DNA from: an uncultured Eubacteriales bacterium
GTDB lineage: Bacteria > Bacillota > Clostridia > Oscillospirales > UBA644
Reading direction: 5' to 3'
DNA: 64,000 nucleotides
Assembly: GCA_900547165.1 (NCBI GenBank)
Contig: URFZ01000002.1
Span: 76,247 to 140,246, forward strand
The notes under the pieces were generated by a model. That model had not been told where the DNA came from, searched no databases, and saw only the letters and a list, made by a program, of their open reading frames with translations. This document shows, piece after piece, positions 61,077-64,000 of the stretch. Numbering within the stretch: the first letter of the stretch is position 1; each line of letters starts with the position of its first letter. Both the position numbers and the translations under genes were made by a program.

Positions 61077-61970
61077 TCAGCCGCCCACCCTTTCGATAAA
61101 GTATTTTTCAAGCCCGTCCGTCGTAACGTAAAGTGCGCTGACAGCCACTCCGTTTTGTACGAGCAGTTTGTTCAGTTCCGCGCTCCGCTCCGCACCCACG
61201 GATATTTCTATCGCGTGTCCGTTGACGGTTATCGCCGCTTCTCCGACTGCGTTTTTGAGCAGTTCCGCGGCCTTTTCTGCGTCGTCCGCAACTATGCGCA
61301 GTTTGCATTCGCCGCGAGCCTTTATTTCGGCTGCGCCGAGTTCGTCCACCAGCACACCGTTGTTGATTATTCCGTACCGCGTAACTATTTTTGACAGTTC
61401 GTCGAGCAGGTGAGACGATATAAGAACGGTTATTCCGCGCTCTTTGTTCAGTTTCACAATGAGGTCGCGCACCTCTTTCATTCCCGCAGGGTCGAGACCG
61501 TTTACGGGTTCGTCGAGAACAAGAAATTCGGGGTCACCGAGCAACGCTACCGCTATGCCGAGACGCTGTTTCATTCCGAGCGAAAATTTGCCTGCCTTTT
61601 TGTTGCCGACATCGCCGAGCCCGACAAATTCAAGGATTCCGTCAATGCTGTTCGCGTCCGCACCTTTGAGCAATGCAAAACGCTTCATGTTTTCCTTTGC
61701 CGTGCAGTTCGGGTATATGCCGGGCGCTTCTATCAGCGCGCCTGTTTTTCTGCCCGCTTCTTCTCGGGAAATGCCGCCGAAAAGTTCAAAACTGCCCTCG
61801 GTCGGCTCAGAAAGCCCGAGAATGACACGCATGAAAGTTGTTTTGCCCGCGCCGTTTTTGCCGATGAAGCCGTAAATGTCGCCCTTGTTTATCGTCATGT
61901 TGACGCCACGGACAACATATCTTGAACCGTATTTCTTCGACAGTCCGACGGTTTTCAGTACAGTTTCCAT
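61077..61970 (-). CDS. ABC transporter ATP-binding protein (ABC-2/bacitracin-lantibiotic-export type)
   Basis: GKNGAGKTT, FSLGMKQRL, LVLDEPVNGLD. Confidence 0.9.
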   Translation of the reverse strand: METVLKTVGLSKKYGSRYVVRGVNMTINKGDIYGFIGKNGAGKTTFMRVILGLSEPTEGSFELFGGISREEAGRKTGALIEAPGIYPNCTAKENMKRFALLKGADANSIDGILEFVGLGDVGNKKAGKFSLGMKQRLGIAVALLGDPEFLVLDEPVNGLDPAGMKEVRDLIVKLNKERGITVLISSHLLDELSKIVTRYGIINNGVLVDELGAAEIKARGECKLRIVADDAEKAAELLKNAVGEAAITVNGHAIEISVGAERSAELNKLLVQNGVAVSALYVTTDGLEKYFIERVGG

Positions 61971-61979
61971 ATTCCCTCC

Positions 61980-62672
61980 TCAGTTTATAAGTATCGGTTT
62001 GAAGCCGATGTAATCTCCTGCGATAAGTCTGAAATCTATGCCTTCATGAATGCCCGTGACCGCAAGCGCGTGCGCCGTCGGTCCGTGCAGATGTCCGTAA
62101 AAAACCCTCTTTATTCCGAATTCGTGCAAAACGTCCATGATGGGCGCGCATCTGTCGGAAGCAAACAGCGGCGGAAAATGCAAAAAGACAACGGGCACGG
62201 CATCGGGGTCGAGTTTTTTTGCCGCTGATATCGAAAGTTTAAGCCTGCCCGCTTCGCGAGCCACAATTTTTTCGTCTTCCTGTGTTCCGACGTCCGGAAT
62301 CCACCCGCGTGTGCCGCAGATATATTCGTCGCCGACATGAAAAGCGTTGTTCTGCAACAGTTCTATGTCGTCAAAGCCCTTTTCTTTGAGAAAAAGATTT
62401 ATCTTGCGCAGAGTCGACCACCAATAGTCGTGGTTGCCCTTTAATATAATTTTTTTGCCGGGAAGTCCGTGGATAAGCCTCATGTCCGCTTCGACTTCTT
62501 CGAGATTTATCGCCCACGATGTGTCTCCCGCTATGACGCAGGTGTCGTCTTCATTAAGACACCAATTTTCTTTTATTTTGCGTACATGGTCGTGCCATTG
62601 CACGCCGAATTTGTCCATGGGTTTGCCGACGCTTTCCGACAGGTGCAGGTCGGCTGTTGCATAAAGTGCCAT
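61980..62672 (-). CDS. metallophosphoesterase
   Basis: ADLHL, AGDTSW, GNHDYWW, HLHG. Start at MALYATADLHL (ATG 62672). Confidence 0.8.
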   Translation of the reverse strand: MALYATADLHLSESVGKPMDKFGVQWHDHVRKIKENWCLNEDDTCVIAGDTSWAINLEEVEADMRLIHGLPGKKIILKGNHDYWWSTLRKINLFLKEKGFDDIELLQNNAFHVGDEYICGTRGWIPDVGTQEDEKIVAREAGRLKLSISAAKKLDPDAVPVVFLHFPPLFASDRCAPIMDVLHEFGIKRVFYGHLHGPTAHALAVTGIHEGIDFRLIAGDYIGFKPILIN

Positions 62673-62822
62673 ATCGTTCTCCGAAAAAAACACCGCGCCG
62701 TGATTTTTTTGATCGGGCGCGGGATATTTTTGCGTGGTCTGCCGAAAACTCAAATGTCGGGCAGGAAACAGAAAAAAGCGTATTTGCTTTTTTTCGGTTT
62801 TTGCGGCTTGGATTTCTTGCCG

Positions 62823-63713
62823 CTATTCTATGTTTTTGAGTATCGGTGCAAGTTGGTCTATATCGTCAAGCGTTATTCTGCCGAGTTTTGCCGCACGGAA
62901 TTCGTCAAGCAACATAACGGACGCGCGTTCTTCGTCCGGTCTGCCGCCGCTCAATATAAGTCCGCGTTTTTTTGCGATAAGCCCGAGCAGGTCATAGTCG
63001 TCCTCGGGCAGTTCTCCCGTCAGTTTATAGCGCTCGCGGAAATTCTTTTCGTAATGCGCGCGCAGTATTCCCAAAAGGTCGCACGCCAATGCTTCCGTGT
63101 CAACGACGTTGTCCTTTATCGCGCCGGTCATGGCAAGTCTTTTAGCCGAATTCTGATTTTCGAGTTTCGGCCAAAGTATGCCGGGCATATCAAGCAGATC
63201 TATACCGCCGCCGAGAGATATCCACTGTCTGCCTCTCGTAACGCCGGGTCGGTCTTCCGCCTTTACAAGTTTTTTGCCGCAAAGACAGTTTATGAATGTG
63301 GATTTTCCGACATTAGGGATTCCCGTTACCATGATTTTGAGCGAACGCCCGTGCATTCCTTTTTCCGCGTTGCGCTGTGCCTTTTCGCTGAAAACGGCGG
63401 TTATCTTTTTCATTATGTCGGAGACCGCCGCCGCGCGGTTTTTTGTTTTGCTGTCAAACAGAACAGCGGTATAGCCCGTGCTTTTATAATATTCGAGCCA
63501 TTTTTTATTCTGCTCGGGGTCGGAAAGGTCGCTTTTGTTCAGCACAATGAACTTCGGCTTGTTTTCCGTCATTTTTGCGATATCGGGGTTTTTAGAGGAA
63601 AAAGGAATACGCGCATCGACAAGTTCTATCGCAACGTCGATAAGAGGCAGACATTCCGCCATCATTCGTTTTGCTTTTGTCATATGTCCCGGATACCAGT
63701 TGATGTTAGCCAT
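62823..63713 (-). CDS. rbgA: ribosome biogenesis GTPase A (YlqF/RbgA)
   Basis: WYPGHMTKA, circularly permuted GTPase order NKSDL ... GIPNVGKST ... DMPG. ATG 63713 with an AAGGAGG RBS. Confidence 0.9.
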   Translation of the reverse strand: MANINWYPGHMTKAKRMMAECLPLIDVAIELVDARIPFSSKNPDIAKMTENKPKFIVLNKSDLSDPEQNKKWLEYYKSTGYTAVLFDSKTKNRAAAVSDIMKKITAVFSEKAQRNAEKGMHGRSLKIMVTGIPNVGKSTFINCLCGKKLVKAEDRPGVTRGRQWISLGGGIDLLDMPGILWPKLENQNSAKRLAMTGAIKDNVVDTEALACDLLGILRAHYEKNFRERYKLTGELPEDDYDLLGLIAKKRGLILSGGRPDEERASVMLLDEFRAAKLGRITLDDIDQLAPILKNIE

Positions 63714-63771
63714 TTGCCTTTTCCTCCTTTTCAAGGATGCGTCCGTCGGAACGGACGGTGTTATTTTTTTC

Positions 63772-64000
63772 TTACGATACCTTGCCGAACTTGTCGAACG
63801 GGGAGAATCGGAGCAGCACTTTGCCCGCTATTCTGCGAGTGTCAACGCAGCCGATAACGCGGCTGTCCTGCGAATTGAGACGGTTGTCCCCCATCACAAA
63901 CACATGTCCGTCGGGAACTGTGATGTCAACGCACGGGTGTCCGTTTTCGTCGGTCGTCAGCGTATTTGCTCCCGCAAGCGCTCTGTCTGCGGGTCTTGTC
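63772..64000 (-). CDS. lepB: signal peptidase I, C-terminal part (gene continues beyond the window)
   Basis: The minus-strand translation contains GDNRLNSQDSRVIGCVD...RFSPFDKFGKVS-stop. GDNRxxSxDSR is the SPase I box E. Confidence 0.8.
   Translation of the reverse strand, partial: TRPADRALAGANTLTTDENGHPCVDITVPDGHVFVMGDNRLNSQDSRVIGCVDTRRIAGKVLLRFSPFDKFGKVS

Noticed and set aside
63739-63771. Hairpin gtccg-tcggaa-cggac followed by a T-run on the + strand, between lepB and rbgA, as a possible terminator.
   Set aside because: The T tract is on the wrong strand for the minus-strand lepB and rbgA genes. On the minus strand the hairpin is followed by catccttgaaaa. It is probably not a terminator, and lepB-rbgA are likely co-transcribed.
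1-64000. tRNA, rRNA, tmRNA, RNase P, 6S RNA and other stable RNA genes.
   Set aside because: I scanned the intergenic regions (all under 330 nt) by eye. None shows cloverleaf-compatible arms or conserved RNA motifs other than the purine riboswitch. A tRNAscan or Infernal run would be needed for certainty.

Overview
This 64-kb chromosomal segment looks like a Clostridia-class Firmicute. That is an inference from gene content only: gltX+glnS, tmcAL, the pyrH-frr-uppS-cdsA-dxr-rseP-ispG block, tig-clpP-clpX and lepB-rbgA. I support about 52 protein genes. I saw no rRNA, tRNA, CRISPR array, transposase, integrase or phage genes.

Housekeeping blocks:
- A BMP-family nucleoside-type ABC importer (2.3-7.3 kb), preceded by a guanine-class purine riboswitch.
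- gltX-glnS, then a PadR/DUF1700/DUF4097 module and a TetR/patatin block.
- The UPF0210+ACT pair and the isoprenoid/envelope cluster, then thrC.
- An ABC-F ATPase (YbiT-like), hflX, tig-clpP-clpX, an ABC-2 exporter, rbgA and a partial lepB.

Accessory-looking parts that deserve attention:
1. 27-2167: an unknown pair made of a beta-propeller-like protein and an ABC-NBD-like protein with degenerate Walker A/B motifs.
2. 27.4-32.4 kb: an island bracketed by two acetate kinase paralogs. It carries an orphan Wzz / BY-tyrosine-kinase / PHP-phosphatase trio with no glycosyltransferases. These are fused in one transcription direction to a small secreted protein with a non-canonical sorting-signal-like tail (SPAAG), a sortase and a membrane protein.
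3. 35.3-50.2 kb: a 15-kb locus of four very large secreted proteins.
   - Two are tandem GH123-like (DUF4091) lipoproteins.
   - One is a 1643-aa protein combining a C39-like cysteine peptidase, a beta-helix-like module, 7 Big_2 domains, a GH25 muramidase and BspA-type LRRs.
   - One is a 1203-aa protein that shares the beta-helix-like module and ends in an unassigned glycosidase-like domain.

Smaller oddities:
- Trigger factor carries a Lys/Ala-rich tail encoded by 57-bp tandem repeats.
- The BY-kinase tail is encoded by a (TAY-GGN)6 repeat.
- A methyltransferase gene has an A8 homopolymer frameshift.
- A perfect 16-bp palindrome sits inside the PadR promoter.

All functional calls come from motif recognition by eye. 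No searches were run.
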